Shown: positions 40,049 to 56,759 of the stretch, piece after piece | How positions within the stretch are numbered: the first letter of the stretch is position 1 | Layout of the letters: each line of letters opens with the position of its first letter | DNA from: the human T2T-CHM13v2.0 reference genome, Homo sapiens | Assembly: GCF_009914755.1 (NCBI RefSeq) | Contig: NC_060926.1 | Length of the DNA: 64,000 bases | Strand: one strand, 5' to 3' | The notes under the pieces: generated by a model | The model's database searches: none | What the model saw: the letters and a program-made list of their open reading frames with translations, nothing else | What the model was told of the DNA's origin: nothing | Program-made: the position numbers and the translations under genes

Positions 40049-41238
40049 TAGCTGGGACCATAGGCACGTAACACCATGCCCAGCTAATTGTTGTATTTTT
40101 AGAAGAGACGGGGTTTCACCACATTGGCCAGGATGGTTTCCATCTCTTAACCTCGTGATCCTCCTGCCTTGGCCTCCCAAAGTGCTGGGATCACAGGCGT
40201 GAGCCGCCGTGCATGGCCTTCAACAGTTTTCTTTTGTTTTTTTTTTTTGAGATGGAGTCTCACTCTTTCGCCCAGGCCGGACTGCAGTGGCGCTATCTTG
40301 GCTTTCTTCAAGCCCCGCCTCCTGGGTTCACGCCATTCTCCTGCCTCAGCCTCCCGAGTAGCTGGGACTATAGGCGCCCGCCACCACGCCCGGCTAATTT
40401 TTTGTATTTTTAGTAGAGACGGGGTTTCATCAAGTTAGCCAGGATGGTCTCGATCTCCTGACCTCGTGATCTGCCCGCCTCGGCCTCCAAAAGTGCTGGG
40501 ATTACAGGCGTGAGCCACCACGCCTGGCCTAGTTTTCTTACCCCTCTAAACTGAAGGGTTAAGAGTTGTGTCTGTTTCTGCTCTTCATATTAATGGAATC
40601 ATCCAGTATGTTTTCTTTTGTTTCTTGCTCTTTTTGCTCCGTGTCACCTTCTCTGGGAATCATCCGTGTTGCTGTGTGTGGCTGTAGTTTGCTCTTTTTG
40701 TTGCTGAGTAGCACTCTGTTGTCTGAAGGGACCACAGCTTATTTCTCCATTTTACTGAGGATTGGACATTGGGGTTGTTTTCTGTTTTCTGCTCTTATGA
40801 ATGTTTCCCGTGTGGATTTCTTTAGGTGACATAAGGTTTGTTTAGGGTATTTAAGAGTAGTGTGTTCTTTCTTGACTGCTCTACCGGAAAAGAAGAAAAG
40901 GGAAAAAAGAGTAGTATGCCAGGTCATAGGAAAGGTGGCTACAAGTTATTCATACAGGATGTTTGAGAGTCGAAGAAGGCACTGTGACCACTTGCTGTGT
41001 AACATTCAGAGCTGGGACTGTCCTGGGCACGTTGCCGTAAAGTCTGCACATTCACACGATCCCAGACTGTTTGTGCAGAACGGTTCTGCCCACTTGCGCT
41101 CCCACCAGCACAGCGTGAGTTCATGTCAGCCTACATCTTTGCCACAACTTGGTGTTAGCTGACTTTAGTTGTTGCCAGTCTGGTGAGCACATCATGGTGT
41201 CTTGTGCAGGGCTAGCTTTTCCCCCATTTCTCCATCAG

Positions 41239-41405
41239 ATAAGAAAGCAGAGATTGACATCCTGGCTGCAGAGTACATCTCCACGGTGAAGACGCTGTCT
41301 CCAGACCAGCGCGTGGAGCGCCTGCAGAAGATCCAGAACGCCTACAGCAAGTGCAAGGAATACAGTGACGACAAAGTGCAGCTGGCCATGCAGACCTACG
41401 AGATG
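41239..41405 (+). CDS. ING5: ING5 exon 3: [18 protein letters not shown]...[12 protein letters not shown]
   Basis: Acceptor ttctccatcag, donor gtgagg; conserved [10 protein letters not shown] motif; overlaps ORF 41202..41441. Confidence 0.97.
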
Positions 41406-41653
41406 GTGAGGGCGGGGCGGGGGCCATGGCTCTTCCTCTGACCTCTACTCCTGCCTCTCATGCAACAAAATGTAAAAACTGCCCGGAAATGGGCATAGCC
41501 AAGTGGAAGGCTGGCTTTGGTAGCTGACGCTGCTGGAGGAAGTGCAGACGGAATACACTTCATGTAGGACCATCCCTGTTTTTTTTTTTTTTTTTTTTCT
41601 GGGCCCTTTTTGTTTGTGTATCTGCTCGGAGGAACCATTTGGGTTTTTTTTGA

Positions 41654-42118
<465 letters not shown>

Positions 42119-42153
42119 TAGCCATACTTTATTATTATTATTAGTATTTTTGA

Positions 42154-42258
<105 letters not shown>

Positions 42259-42343
42259 TGAGTAGCTAGGATTACAGTCACCCACCACGAAGCCTGGCTA
42301 ATTTTTGTAGTTTTATTTTTTTATTTTTGTATTATTTATTTAG

Positions 42344-42454
<111 letters not shown>

Positions 42455-42461
42455 TAAGTAG

Positions 42462-42752
<291 letters not shown>

Positions 42753-43404
42753 TGACCTGCCTCAGCCTCCCAAAGTGCTGGGATTACAGGTATGAGCCAC
42801 CGTGCCTGGCCTGTATTTTTAATAGAGATGGGGTTTTGCCATGTTGGCCAGGCTGGTCTTGAATTCCTGACCTCAAATGATCCACCTGCCTCGGTCTCCC
42901 AGAGTGCTGGGACTACAGGCGTGAGCCACCGCGCCTGCCCTAATTTTTGTATTTATTTTAGAGATGGGATTTTACCATGTTGGTCAGGCTGGTTTTGAAC
43001 TCCTGACCTCAGGTGATCAGACTGCCTCGACCTCCCAAAGTGCTGGGATTACAGGTGTGAGCCGCTGCACCTGGCCTCCAGGTAGCCATATTTTAAAGTA
43101 GGGTTCAGCGTCAGATATCCCAGGCCTTGTTCACTGCATTTCACAACTCTGCTTCTCATTATTGCCCACACTCATGTCTTTTCCCTAAATGGGATTTATT
43201 CCATTGCAATGTCAAAATATGCAGAAAAAGCACAAGACCCTTGCATGGACTTTGAAATAGTGGGCCTTGTTTTAGCAGAGGTTTGTTCATTGGAGACTCA
43301 ATTAAAGGGCAAGAAGGTGTTTCCTGGTGGATACTTTTGTACATTCGTGATTCTGAGGTGTTTTGGTTTTACTTTAAAATAAGACTTTGGGTATCCTTTT
43401 GTAG

Positions 43405-43516
43405 GTGGATAAACACATTCGAAGGCTTGATGCAGACCTGGCGCGCTTTGAAGCAGATCTGAAGGACAAGATGGAGGGCAGTGATTTTGAAAGCTCCGGA
43501 GGGCGAGGGTTAAAAA
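43405..43516 (+). CDS. ING5: ING5 exon 4: [37 protein letters not shown], ending at a GC donor
   Basis: Acceptor ttttgtag; the frame closes with exon 5 using donor gcaagt at 43517. Confidence 0.93.
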
Positions 43517-43528
43517 GCAAGTCTGTTA

Positions 43529-43930
<402 letters not shown>

Positions 43931-44005
43931 TTAAAAACAAAACACAAAACTTGCCTTGCTTTAGAGAATTCTATAAAAATAATTTGCATCTTGATTATTT
44001 TTCAG

Positions 44006-44099
44006 AAGGCCGGGGTCAGAAAGAAAAAAGAGGGTCCCGGGGCCGAGGCAGGAGGACATCAGAGGAAGACACACCAAAGAAAAAGAAGCACAAAGGAGG
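44006..44099 (+). CDS. ING5: ING5 exon 5: KGRGQKEKRGSRGRGRRTSEEDTPKKKKHKGG (basic NLS region)
   Basis: Acceptor atttttcag, donor gtaaga; 94 nt. Confidence 0.96.
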
Positions 44100-44746
44100 G
44101 TAAGAGGCTTTCCCCTCTTTTTCCCAAAAGAACGAATACCCATAGCCTGTATCCCGGATGTAGGAACACTGATGGAAGCTGACCCGAGTGAAGTGCACCC
44201 CGTGTGCCGGGTGGTATTCTGATTCTTACGCTGCGCGCCTGTCGTCAGCCTGTCCTCACCGCAGCCTTTGAGGGGGTGCCGTTGTCAGGGGCATTTTCAG
44301 TGTCGCAGGGACCTGCCCAGGCTTTAGGGCTGCTGTGGTGCGGCTGGGCTGCACCTGGAGTCTGACTCCAGTGCCTGTCCTCTTAGCCACAGTGTGTGCT
44401 GCCCCACTAGGGACAGGAGGATGGTGAGCAACGTGTTGTTGACAGAGGCCAATGTAGACCACTCTTTAAGTAGCTAGATTTCTGTATATCTGTCAGTTAT
44501 TTTATGTGTCAACATATAGTGTGCATATATTCATTGTTAATTATGTGGCCACATTTATTAAATAGACATGTCATTTAACTTGAAGTTTTTTGAGATACTT
44601 TATTTAAAGCATTCTCCCACTGACACCCTCCCTGCCAAAGGTGTTGTATACCCTCCAAAGAGATCGTAGCATTACCTCAGAGGAGTGACATTTAGACTAA
44701 AGAGAAAATGCTGAAATGCCACGAAGCCTCTGTGGAGATGATCTCA

Positions 44747-44887
<141 letters not shown>

Positions 44888-45103
44888 CTACAAAAAATAG
44901 AAAAAATTAGCTGAGGGTGGTGGTGTGGGCTGTAGTCCCAGCTACTAGGGAAAGCTGAGCTGGGAGGATCATGAGCCACGATCGCACCACTACATTCCAG
45001 CCTGGGCCACAGCATGAGACTCTGTCTCAAAAAAAAAAAATAAAGAGAAAAAAAGAGTTCTTCTTGACAAAAAAGGGACAATTTTCTTTTTTTTTTTTTT
45101 TGA

Positions 45104-45635
<532 letters not shown>

Positions 45636-45852
45636 TGATCCACCTGCCTTGGCCTCCCAAAGTGCTGGGATTACAGGCGTGAGCCACTGTGCCCAGCCCC
45701 AATTTTCAGTTTTTTAGCTAGTGCTTAGCCTTTTGGCCGGGCGAGGTGGCTCATGCCTGTAATCGCAGCACTTTGGGAGGCCAAGGCAGGTTAATCACCT
45801 GAGGTCAGGAGTTCAAGACCAGCCTGACCAATATGGTGAAACCCCGTCTCTA

Positions 45853-46101
<249 letters not shown>

Positions 46102-47247
46102 TTAATTTCCGTAAAGTGAAGATCTTTGTAAGTAGCACCTAGTCAGTGATTAACTGCTGCTGGAAGGCCTTCCATATGCCCTGTTAAAATCATAAACTCC
46201 TCCTGCCCCCAAATAAACATGATCCAGATTTCTATAGTGTTTATTTCCTTGTTTCTTTAATAGTTTTATAGTGCATTCCTAGACACTATACATTATAGTT
46301 TAGTCCTGTTGTTTTTCTAACCTTTTAAATTAACTTTATTAAGGAATAATTTACATACAATAAAATGTTATTCCAAGTGTACAGTTTGATGTTGCATTCA
46401 GTTCCTTTAAAGTTATGGAAGTATTCAGGCTTTCTATTTCTTCTCGAGTCAGTTTTGGAAAAAATCTGTGTCTTTCAAGAAATTTGTTTCATGTAAGTTG
46501 TCAGATTTTTTTGACATCAGGTTGTTAATAATTTTGCATTATTATGGTTCTGATGTGTCTGTTATGATGACCCCTCTTTCAGTCCTGATACTGGTAATTT
46601 ATGTTTCTCTCATTTTGTCTTGATCCTTTTTTTTTTTTCCCTGAGGGCAGGGTCTAGCTGTGTCACCTAGGCTGGAGTGCAGTGGCATGCACATGGCTCA
46701 CTGCAGCCTCCACCTCCCTGTCCCCAGGCTCAAGTGATTCTCCCACCTCAGCTCCCGAGTAGCTGGGACCACAGACATGCGCCACTATGCCTGGCTAATT
46801 TTTTGTAGAGACAGGGTTTCATCATGTTGCCCAGGCTGGTCTCAAACATCTGGGCTCAAGCAGTCCGCCTGCCTCAACCTCTCCGTGTGTTGAGATTACA
46901 GGCGTGAGCCACTGCGTCTGGCCGTCTTGATCTTTTTAGAGAACTAGCTTTTAGTTTCATTATTTTTATTGTTTTCTCTATTTTTTTGTTTGCTATTGCA
47001 TTTGTTTCTACTCTCTATTTCCTGTTTTCTACTCAGGTTTACTTTGCCTATACTATTCTAGCTTTTTAAGGTGGAAGTAGCTTGCATAATTGATTTTTAT
47101 ATCTTCCTTGTTCTAATTATTATCTTTGTTGCACTCCACAAATTTTGATATATTATGATTTTGATATAATTTTGATATTGTTTTAAATTTTTATTTCGTT
47201 TACCTATTTAAAATATTTTAGAATGTTTTTCTTGTTTTTTGAGATGA

Positions 47248-47809
<562 letters not shown>

Positions 47810-49121
47810 TGACCTAGAATTTTTTTTTTCATGCTACTTCTTTGCCCTATAACTTATGTAGAAGTATGTGTCTCAATTTCCAAATAATTTGGGATTTTTC
47901 AGATACCTTTCTAATTTTAATTTTTTAGTTGACTTCTGTTGTGGTCAAAGAACATTACATAATTGAAATCCTTTGAAAGCCAGCTAATTTTTGTATTTTT
48001 AACAGAGACAGGATTTCACCATGCTGGGCAGGCTGGTCTCGAACTCCTGACCTCAAATGATCTGCCCACCTTGGCCTCCCCTCCCTGTAAAGTGCTGGGA
48101 TTACAGGCATGAGCCACCGCACCCGGCCTTCATTGCAATATTTGGTCTGTTCATATTTAACATAATTAATGATATGGTGGGATTTAGGTTCACCATCTTG
48201 CTATTAGTTTTCTGTTTGTTCCTTCTGCTCCTTTGCTGTCTTCTTTTGGACTAATCAGGTATTTTTTAGTATTCCGTTTTTTTCCCCACTCTTGTCTTAT
48301 TAGCCATGCTTTTTTTTTTTTTTTTTTTTGAGACGGAGTCTTGCACTGTTGCCCAGGCTGGAGTACAATTTGCAATGGCATGATCTTGGCTCACTACAAC
48401 CTCTGCTTCCCAGGTTCAAGCGATTCTCATGCCTCAGCCTCCGCAGTAGCTGGGATTATAGGTGTGCGCCACCACACCCGGCTAATGTTTTTGTATTTTT
48501 AGTAGAGACAGGTTTTCACCATTTTGGCCAGGCTGGTCTCGAACCCCTGACCCCAAGTGATCCACCCACCTCGGCCTCCCAAAGTGCTAGGATTACAGGC
48601 GTGAGCCACTGCCCCGGCCCCTGTATTTTAAGGATTGTTCTAGTGTGTGCACTCAGTTTCCTTAAGTTATCACAGTGAGCTTCAGATATTACACTATTTG
48701 ATGTTTAACGTGTGGCTCCACACAAGTGTTCTTCCATTTCCTGCCTTTGTGCTGTTGTCCTTCACTTTGCCTGTGATCTGAGCTTCCCAGCACGTTATTA
48801 CCTTAGATGCAAACCACTGATGACGTGAAACACGCCTTAAAATATATGTGGAATGTAAAGATGTTGAACTCACAGAAGTAGAGAGTAGAATGGTGGTCAG
48901 GCGCTGGGGTGGTCAGGGGAGACGTTGGATACAGAATTTCATTTAGATAGGAGGAATAAGTTCAAAAGATCCGTTTTACAACATGGTGACTACAGTTAAT
49001 AACAATATAGTCTCAAAAAAATGTGTAGATTTTAAGTGTTCTCACCACAAAAGTCACCCCATATATAGTTACCTCATATAGTTGCCATTTCTGGTAACCT
49101 TCATTTTTTTTTTTTTTTTGA

Positions 49122-49229
<108 letters not shown>

Positions 49230-49956
49230 TAGCTGAGATTACACCCACCTACTCACCTGGTTAATTTTTGTATTTTTAGTAGAGATGGGGTTTTGCCATG
49301 TTGGCCAGGCTGGTCTCGAACTCCTGGCCTCCAGTGACCCTCTCGCCTCAGCCTCCCAAAGTGGCAGGATGACAGGCATGAGCCGCCGCGCCTGGCCCAA
49401 CTATTATTTCTTAATATTTATTTTCTTTCTTTAAAAATTTTTTTTCCATACATATTCTGCTTACGTATATTTCTTTATGTGGATGCAAATTTCTGTCTTG
49501 TCATTTCTCCTCTACTGAAGAACTTTAACATTTTTTGCAGTACATGTATGCTGATGGTGATGAATTCTCTGTTTTTGTTTCTCTGAAAATGCTTTTATTT
49601 CACTGCGTATAGAATTTTAGGTTGACCTTTTTTCTTTTATCGCTAAAGATGTTCTCTCATTTTCTTCTGTCTTTCATTGATTCTGATGATAAATTACTGA
49701 TAATAATTATTTTTGGTGGTTTCTTTTTTTTTTTTTGCTTTTAAGATTTCTCATTGTCACTGGCTCTTAACAGTTTGGTTATGATGTGTATTGGTGTGAT
49801 TTTTTTGTGTATATTTTGCGTGGAACTTGTTGAGCATCTTTGAACTGTTGGTTTATACTTTGCATCGAATTTGGAAAATTTTCAGACAGTTCTTCCAGTA
49901 TTTTTGTGCTCTCCTTTCTCCTCTTCCTGCTGTCCAGCTCCCTGTGCGTTCCTTAG

Positions 49957-50595
<639 letters not shown>

Positions 50596-53500
50596 TGACT
50601 GGCTAATTTTGTATTTTTAGTATAGACAGGGTTTCACCGTGTTATGCAGGCTGGTCTCGAACTCCTGGCCTCAGGTGGATCTGCCTGTTTTTGGCCTCCC
50701 GATGTGCTGGGATTACAGGCGTGAGCTGCTGTGCCCGGCCCTAAGTTAGTTTTAATCTCCTTTAATACATTTTTCATTTAAGAGATTGTAGGGCTGGGTG
50801 CTTTGGCTCATGCCTGTAATCTCAGCACTTTGGAAGGCTGAGGTGGGAGGGTCACTTGAGTAGCCGGGATTACAGGCATGTGCCACCATTCCTTGGTAAC
50901 CAGCTTTTAAAAAAACATAATCAGTCCTATTTCCCTGCTGAGGGTACATGTCTCATGATTTATTAGCTGTCTGACTTTAGATATAAAGGAAGCGTGGAGA
51001 GGGAAATTTCTGTTCTCCCCAGGAGGTGTTCGTTCTGTTTTAGTCCAGGCCAATAGGGCTGGGGGCCTGGGGCGGGGCAGGGTCTCAGCTTCAGCTCCAC
51101 CGAGGCCCCTTGAGGACCTTGAGATTTCCTCTCTCGCCTCCTGCCCCAGCGGCTTCCACAGTTGGTAGAAGTGCGGGGGAGGAGACCAGCGGTGCCCGAG
51201 CAGACCCCTTGCTCGAGAACTCCGAGGTTGCAGGGATTTTCCCTCTGCTTTTAGTTGCTCTGTGCAGCCTCTGGACTATAAATGTCGGTGGGGACGCGGC
51301 CGCCATGTGTGGCTGTGTGGGCTCAGCGTGGCCCAGTGGCCAGCCCAGCCCTCACTCAGTGCATGAGGCAGGCGGACGCCGCCCCCAACCCCCCAACACC
51401 CCCCACTCTGGCTGCAGGTCATCTAGCTTTTGTTGCTCCACAGCTCCCCGACATCTTTGAGAATGTGGTTTTTGTGACTTGCTGGGTTTTGTGTTTTCTA
51501 ACTCAGTGGCAACAGCGTTCTGAGTCTTCCTGCTCCTTCCTGCTCGGAACCTGAAGGCCCTGTCCCGACCGTGCCTTTTCTGCGTGAAAGTGGGACTCCT
51601 CCTGGTCTCTTCCTCACCCAGTGCTGTTTCTCAAGGGTATGCTAGGCATAAGGAATGCAGGCACTGGGGGTCCTCGTGGGGGTGAAGGAGACTCCAGCTC
51701 CCTGTTGGGGTCGGGGCTTCCTCCCTGAGGGCTCTGCCCAGCTTCAGAGACCTCAGGAACAGCCAGCACCTCTGCAAACACAGGAAGATCCACTGTGGCC
51801 TCATGGCTTTTCCTGTCCTGACAGTGCGCTGACCAGCACTGTTTAGTAGCAATGCGGAGCCTGGGAGCTCAGCGCTGCCTGCCGTGCAGGTCCCAGTAGT
51901 GACAGATGAGAAGGGTGATCACCGATGGCGACAGTTGCGGGGCCCTGCGGCTCTGGATCTAGCTTGTGTGTGAATCTCTTTCTTCTCTGTGCCCCCAAGT
52001 GGCAGTGCTGCTCCTGTCCCATTGCAAGACGTCGAGACAGGCTGGTAAGGCCAGCTCTGAAGCTGGGCTCTGACGTCCAAGGCGCCAAGGAGGCCCCTTC
52101 CAGAGGGACAGGAGGATGGTGCAGGTGGGCAGACGGGTCATCCTGAGGACCAGTCGGTTGGACCCAAAGCCTGGCCTGCCGGGGCGGGAGTGTGCACTCG
52201 GGTGCCTCCAAGGGCATCATCCTGGGTGTGTGCAGGAGCCCGCCTGCCCCTGGGCTCTGGAGTTCTGTGGTGCGCGTCCCTGACCCATCAGCACAGTGGG
52301 TATTCACGCCCCTCGTGGTCACGCTGTGGTGCCAGGCCGCTCTGCCTCAAGGCAGGTCCTGTTCCCTGCTGGGGACCCAGGCGCACGCACCATCCTGTCC
52401 CTGTGGACTGCCCTCTTCAGGCCTGTTCCCCACGTGCCCGGGGCTCTTCCTGGAATGCAGTGTTCCTAGACTGCACAGATGCTCCGTGTCTCGTCTGAGA
52501 TCCCGTGACCTGAGGCTGCCCCCTGCACTGTTGCTGCCCTGTGGCCTTGCTCTGGCGAGGCAGAACCTGTGTGTGTGGATGAAGGGCAGTGTCACCTGTA
52601 GCACCTGGAATCCCGGGGCTTGGACAGGCAGCCAGCCCCCTGCTAGGAGCCACGTGGAGTGCTGGGAAGCCATCGGGGCCGGGCGCGGAAGGGCTCGCTG
52701 GCACCGTCTGGCGAGGGGTGCCTGCCACACCCTGGGGAGTTAGCACAGAGGGTGCCTCTTGTGGCAGTGGTGCTGAAGGGAGTCAGCAGCCGCTGACAGT
52801 TGGGGTCACCCTGGCCTGTGCAAGGGACAGGGCTCCCCATGGCCTCCTGGTTGCCTCCCTCAGGGCTGATAGCAGCACTCCCTGGCCACACGCCATGGCG
52901 CTCCCTCAGGCGAGACTGAGAGGCCAGTGAGGCCTGCACGGTGGCCTCAGCTTCTGGGGTGCCCTTGCTGGGCGGTCCCCTCAGGCCCCCGGCCCTCTCC
53001 CACAGCCATCAAATCTGGCCAGCGCCCTCGAACCTGGTGATGCTGAGACACAGGTCAAGTGGCAGCTCAAGATGTCAGGTCGGGCTTTGTGGACAGAATT
53101 GGACTCGGCGCAGAAGAGGAGGGCGTCAGCGTTTCGGGGACGGTTGGCAGCAGAGGGTGCTGCCCTGCTCTCCGCGGGTGAGAGGTGACTCGAGGAGACC
53201 GCAGGAGCCCCTTGGAGGTGAAGCCACAGGTGGCATCCCGGAATCGGCAGGAGGCTGAGACGTAGACCCTTGCGTGCTGCTGTCAGAGGAGAGACCCGAA
53301 GACTACTTGAGACTGTTGCTTGAAAGCAGTGTCGGCAGCACCTGGACCTGGACTTGTGACGCTGATGGATTTCAGCTCTAAAGAGAAACCCCTGTCTATT
53401 CCCAGACAGAGAGAAAGAGCAGAAGAGCAGATTACCTGCAAAGGACAGACTTAGGTGGGCGCCCCTGTGCCAGAGGGCAGCGGGGAGGCCGGGTGCATGC

Positions 53501-54962
53501 TGAGCCCGAGTGTGTGTGTATGTGTACAGGCAATTGCAAAGGCGTAGAAAAGCTTTAGACAGGTATCCAAGGAAAAGCTGAGTGTTGATTCCCTCTGGGA
53601 CCCAGACTTCTGCTCCTTGGCTTTCCCTGATCGTGACTGTTTTTCTCACGGCCACGTTCCTCCTGCTAACCTGCTGTGTTTACATACCAACTAGATATTC
53701 GTGGGTTGGAGGGTGGGATAGGGAAGATACTTTTTCTTTCTGTACTAATGGGAATACACTGTCTATAGTACCTGCAGCTTGTAAGTTTATTTGAAAAATA
53801 CTGAAATATAAAAGCGTAAATTTCCCCCTAAGTGCATCCCTTTCAAACAGGAAAGTCTCCACCTGAGGTCTGTGGTCCTGGTGGGACGGCCATGGTGCTA
53901 CAGGTGGCAGGCTTGGAGGGAGGCATAGACGGGGTGGAACACCTGCCAGGCTGCTGTGTAGAAACCCACGTGGGAGCTGATGGGGATGAAGGAGTGACAA
54001 GGATGGTGTGTGGTCGGAAGGGGCCCTGTGCCAGGTGGACAGCTGGGTGGGTGGTGGGCGGTCCAGGGAGTGTGTGGGGAGCTGCTGGTTGAGTCAGTAT
54101 TGGGGCAGAGGTGCCTGAGTAGGTGCGTGGAGGGCCCGGGCGCAGGACGCATGGCTGTTCTCTTGGGAGGAGGTCACAGTTACGGGAGAGCTGTTGACTG
54201 TGCGGGCTGCTCTGACACCTGTCAGTCTGGAGTGGGAGGCTGGCAGGCTTCTCTCAGGTGTCAGCCGTCTGCTGGCAGAGGTGACGTGTGCTTGTTTCCA
54301 AAGGGGCCGGGGTCTTTGGAGGGATGGCCCAGAAGTGGGTTGAGTCCAGAGGTCCCCGGGGGAGTCCTGTCTGGGAGGAGGGACCGAGATGAGAGTGGAC
54401 TCGTCCCCAGAGTGGGACCAGAACCCCGGTGCTGTGGGTGAGTGCTGCGCTTCACGGCCTCCTGGGGGCCCTCTGTGCCCCCATGCCCCTGCCTGGGCCC
54501 GAAGGTGGGCGCGAGGTCTCCACCCCTCTGCTGCCAGCTGCTGCTGTTCCTGGATTTTTGTGGGTAACTGTTCTTTCTAGCATCAGCTGACAATCTGTTC
54601 GTATACTTAATGATTTTCTTGCTGCGCCTTCTTAGAACATTGCGTGTTCAGAGGGGTTATTGAGGTTTTGAAAATGTGTGCTCCAGGAAGAAAACGTCCA
54701 CAAGGTGTGTATTCAGTTAGTGCATGACTGCAGTGGCTGGCCCTGGAGTCGCATTCATTTCTAAAGGACAATGGGAAAAATGGAAGCAAGCTTATTCATT
54801 ATGTGTCGCTCAGAGCACGGTACCAATTTCCCCCTTGGAATGATTGTCTTCACAGTTTTGGGGTGAGGGGGCCTTAAGTCAGAGACAGAAGGGCCCGTGG
54901 TGTCCGTGCCGCCTCACTTCCCACCATGGCCTTCAGTGGTGCCTGTGCCCTGTCCCCTGCAG

Positions 54963-55098
54963 GTCTGAGTTCACTGACACCATCCTGTCCGTGCACCCCT
55001 CTGATGTGCTGGACATGCCCGTGGACCCAAACGAACCCACGTACTGCCTGTGCCACCAGGTCTCCTATGGGGAGATGATTGGCTGTGACAATCCAGAC
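54963..55098 (+). CDS. ING5: ING5 exon 6: [45 protein letters not shown] (start of PHD finger)
   Basis: Acceptor cccctgcag, donor gtgagt; ING PHD signature [10 protein letters not shown]. Confidence 0.98.
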
Positions 55099-55233
55099 GT
55101 GAGTGTCGCCTGCAGGATTCGCGCCATGGGGCGGGGTCTTGTGTGGGGCAGGGCTGGCGGATGTTGGCATTTCTTGTGTTTTGCATACAGAACATGAGGC
55201 GTGTTGACTGCGGTTTCTCCCTTTACTTTGCAG

Positions 55234-55295
55234 TGTCCAATTGAGTGGTTTCACTTTGCCTGCGTGGACCTTACCACGAAACCCAAAGGAAAATG
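55234..55295 (+). CDS. ING5: ING5 exon 7: [20 protein letters not shown](W)
   Basis: Acceptor tttactttgcag, donor gtgagt; 62 nt. Confidence 0.98.
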
Positions 55296-55814
55296 GTGAG
55301 TGTGGGGACGCTCGCTCTGTTTTCTCCCAGTCTGCTGGGTGTTGCGCTGCTGGCCTCCCCAGGAGAAGGCGCTCCATGGCAGAATCTTGCCGGGCTTAGC
55401 GGGACACGGTAGCCACGTAGGCATGCCCCACTGTGGCCTCAAGGAGTGTGGCTGGCTGGTGGCTGCTCTGGGTGTGGCTTTATCCCCCCTTTGCTGCTGT
55501 GCCTGTCCGAGCTGGCAGAGGGATGCCGTCACCCAGGAATGGTGGTTACCAGGTTACGTGATATTCACGTTAATGGCCCCTCCTGAAGGACAACCTTCCG
55601 GACTCTGGGAGGTAGGGATCGTCTTAAATCAGAAATGAGAGGTTCTTGTCCCCTAGGGAAATTTGGGAAATATAGCATGAGATGTGAGCCCTGAAGCCGG
55701 GGCATGGATCTGGGGCTCTGCCCCTGGCTCTGTCTAGTGGAGAAGGGTGTGTTTTCTCTACCTGACCCTTGCATCCCCTTGGCAATGGCAACTTTCTGCA
55801 TTGTTGTTCCTCAG

Positions 55815-55850
55815 ATTTCATTTAAATAAAAACCTGTAGTCTGGGCAACA
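55815..55850 (+). other. ING5: Candidate alternative ING5 terminal exon giving an immediate stop
   Basis: Acceptor ttgttgttcctcag; exon 7 TG + A = TGA; AATAAA at 55825-55830. Confidence 0.5.
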
Positions 55851-56050
55851 TCGGGAGACCCCAACTCTACAAAAAATACAAAAATTAGCTGGGCGTGGTG
55901 GTGCGTGCCTGTGGTCCCAACTACCTGGGAGGCGGAGGCGGGAGGATGGCTTGAGCCTGGAAGTCCGAGGCTTCAGTGAGCTGAGATCGCGCCACTGCAC
56001 TCCAGCCTGGGCGAGAGAGCAAGACCCTGTCTCAAATAAATAAATAAAAA
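55840..56050 (+). mobile_element. 5'-truncated AluJ with (TAAA)n tail in ING5 intron 7
   Basis: Alu consensus; tail contains several AATAAA. Confidence 0.85.
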
Positions 56051-56759
56051 GATAAAAACCTGGCTTTGTTTGCCTGTGCTGAAAATCTAAAAATGGATAT
56101 CTATGTTCTGAAAATGAAATCGGAATGTGCTCTTCTGTGTGGCACTCAGAGGTCATCGTGGCAGCGTGTTTGAAACTCCGGCAGACTCGCCCGAGTTGGT
56201 AAGAGCCAGTTATCCTTGGTGTTCGGTGTGAGGACACAGGGAAAGGATGCCGTGTCTCGGAGGCTGGCCGAGCTCACGGTGTCATGTGGCGTCAACACAG
56301 GCTGTCCTGTCACAGGGACACATGGCACTGTGGTGCCCCACGCCGTGCGGCTGGGGGATGGTGCACCGAGGGTTTTGAGAAGGGGTACGGAGGCTGTTAG
56401 GGCGGAGGGCCCTGGGCAGGCTTGGGCCTGGGCCAGGCGGTGGTTGACGGTTGCCGTCATGCGAGTCGGCTGCCTCCTGCGTGGGGAACCTATGGAATGT
56501 CCTCTGTGGTCAGCAGCTGCCTCTGTTCAGGAGCCCCTTGTGCGTGCAGCTCCAGAACTTGCTCAGAGTCACCAGGGAGCACTTGTGAGACGGCAGCTTC
56601 CAGGGCCAGTGCAGGGTGCCTGGCTGGGTTTCCGTGGGCCTGAGGGGCTGCCATGCTCTCAACGCGTGCTTGGTACCTGCAGCCCCCACAGACTGCAGAC
56701 AGAGGGCACCAGCGACCCTGCCATCGGCCGGGGAAGAAGGACCCACCTGTTAAGGAGGA

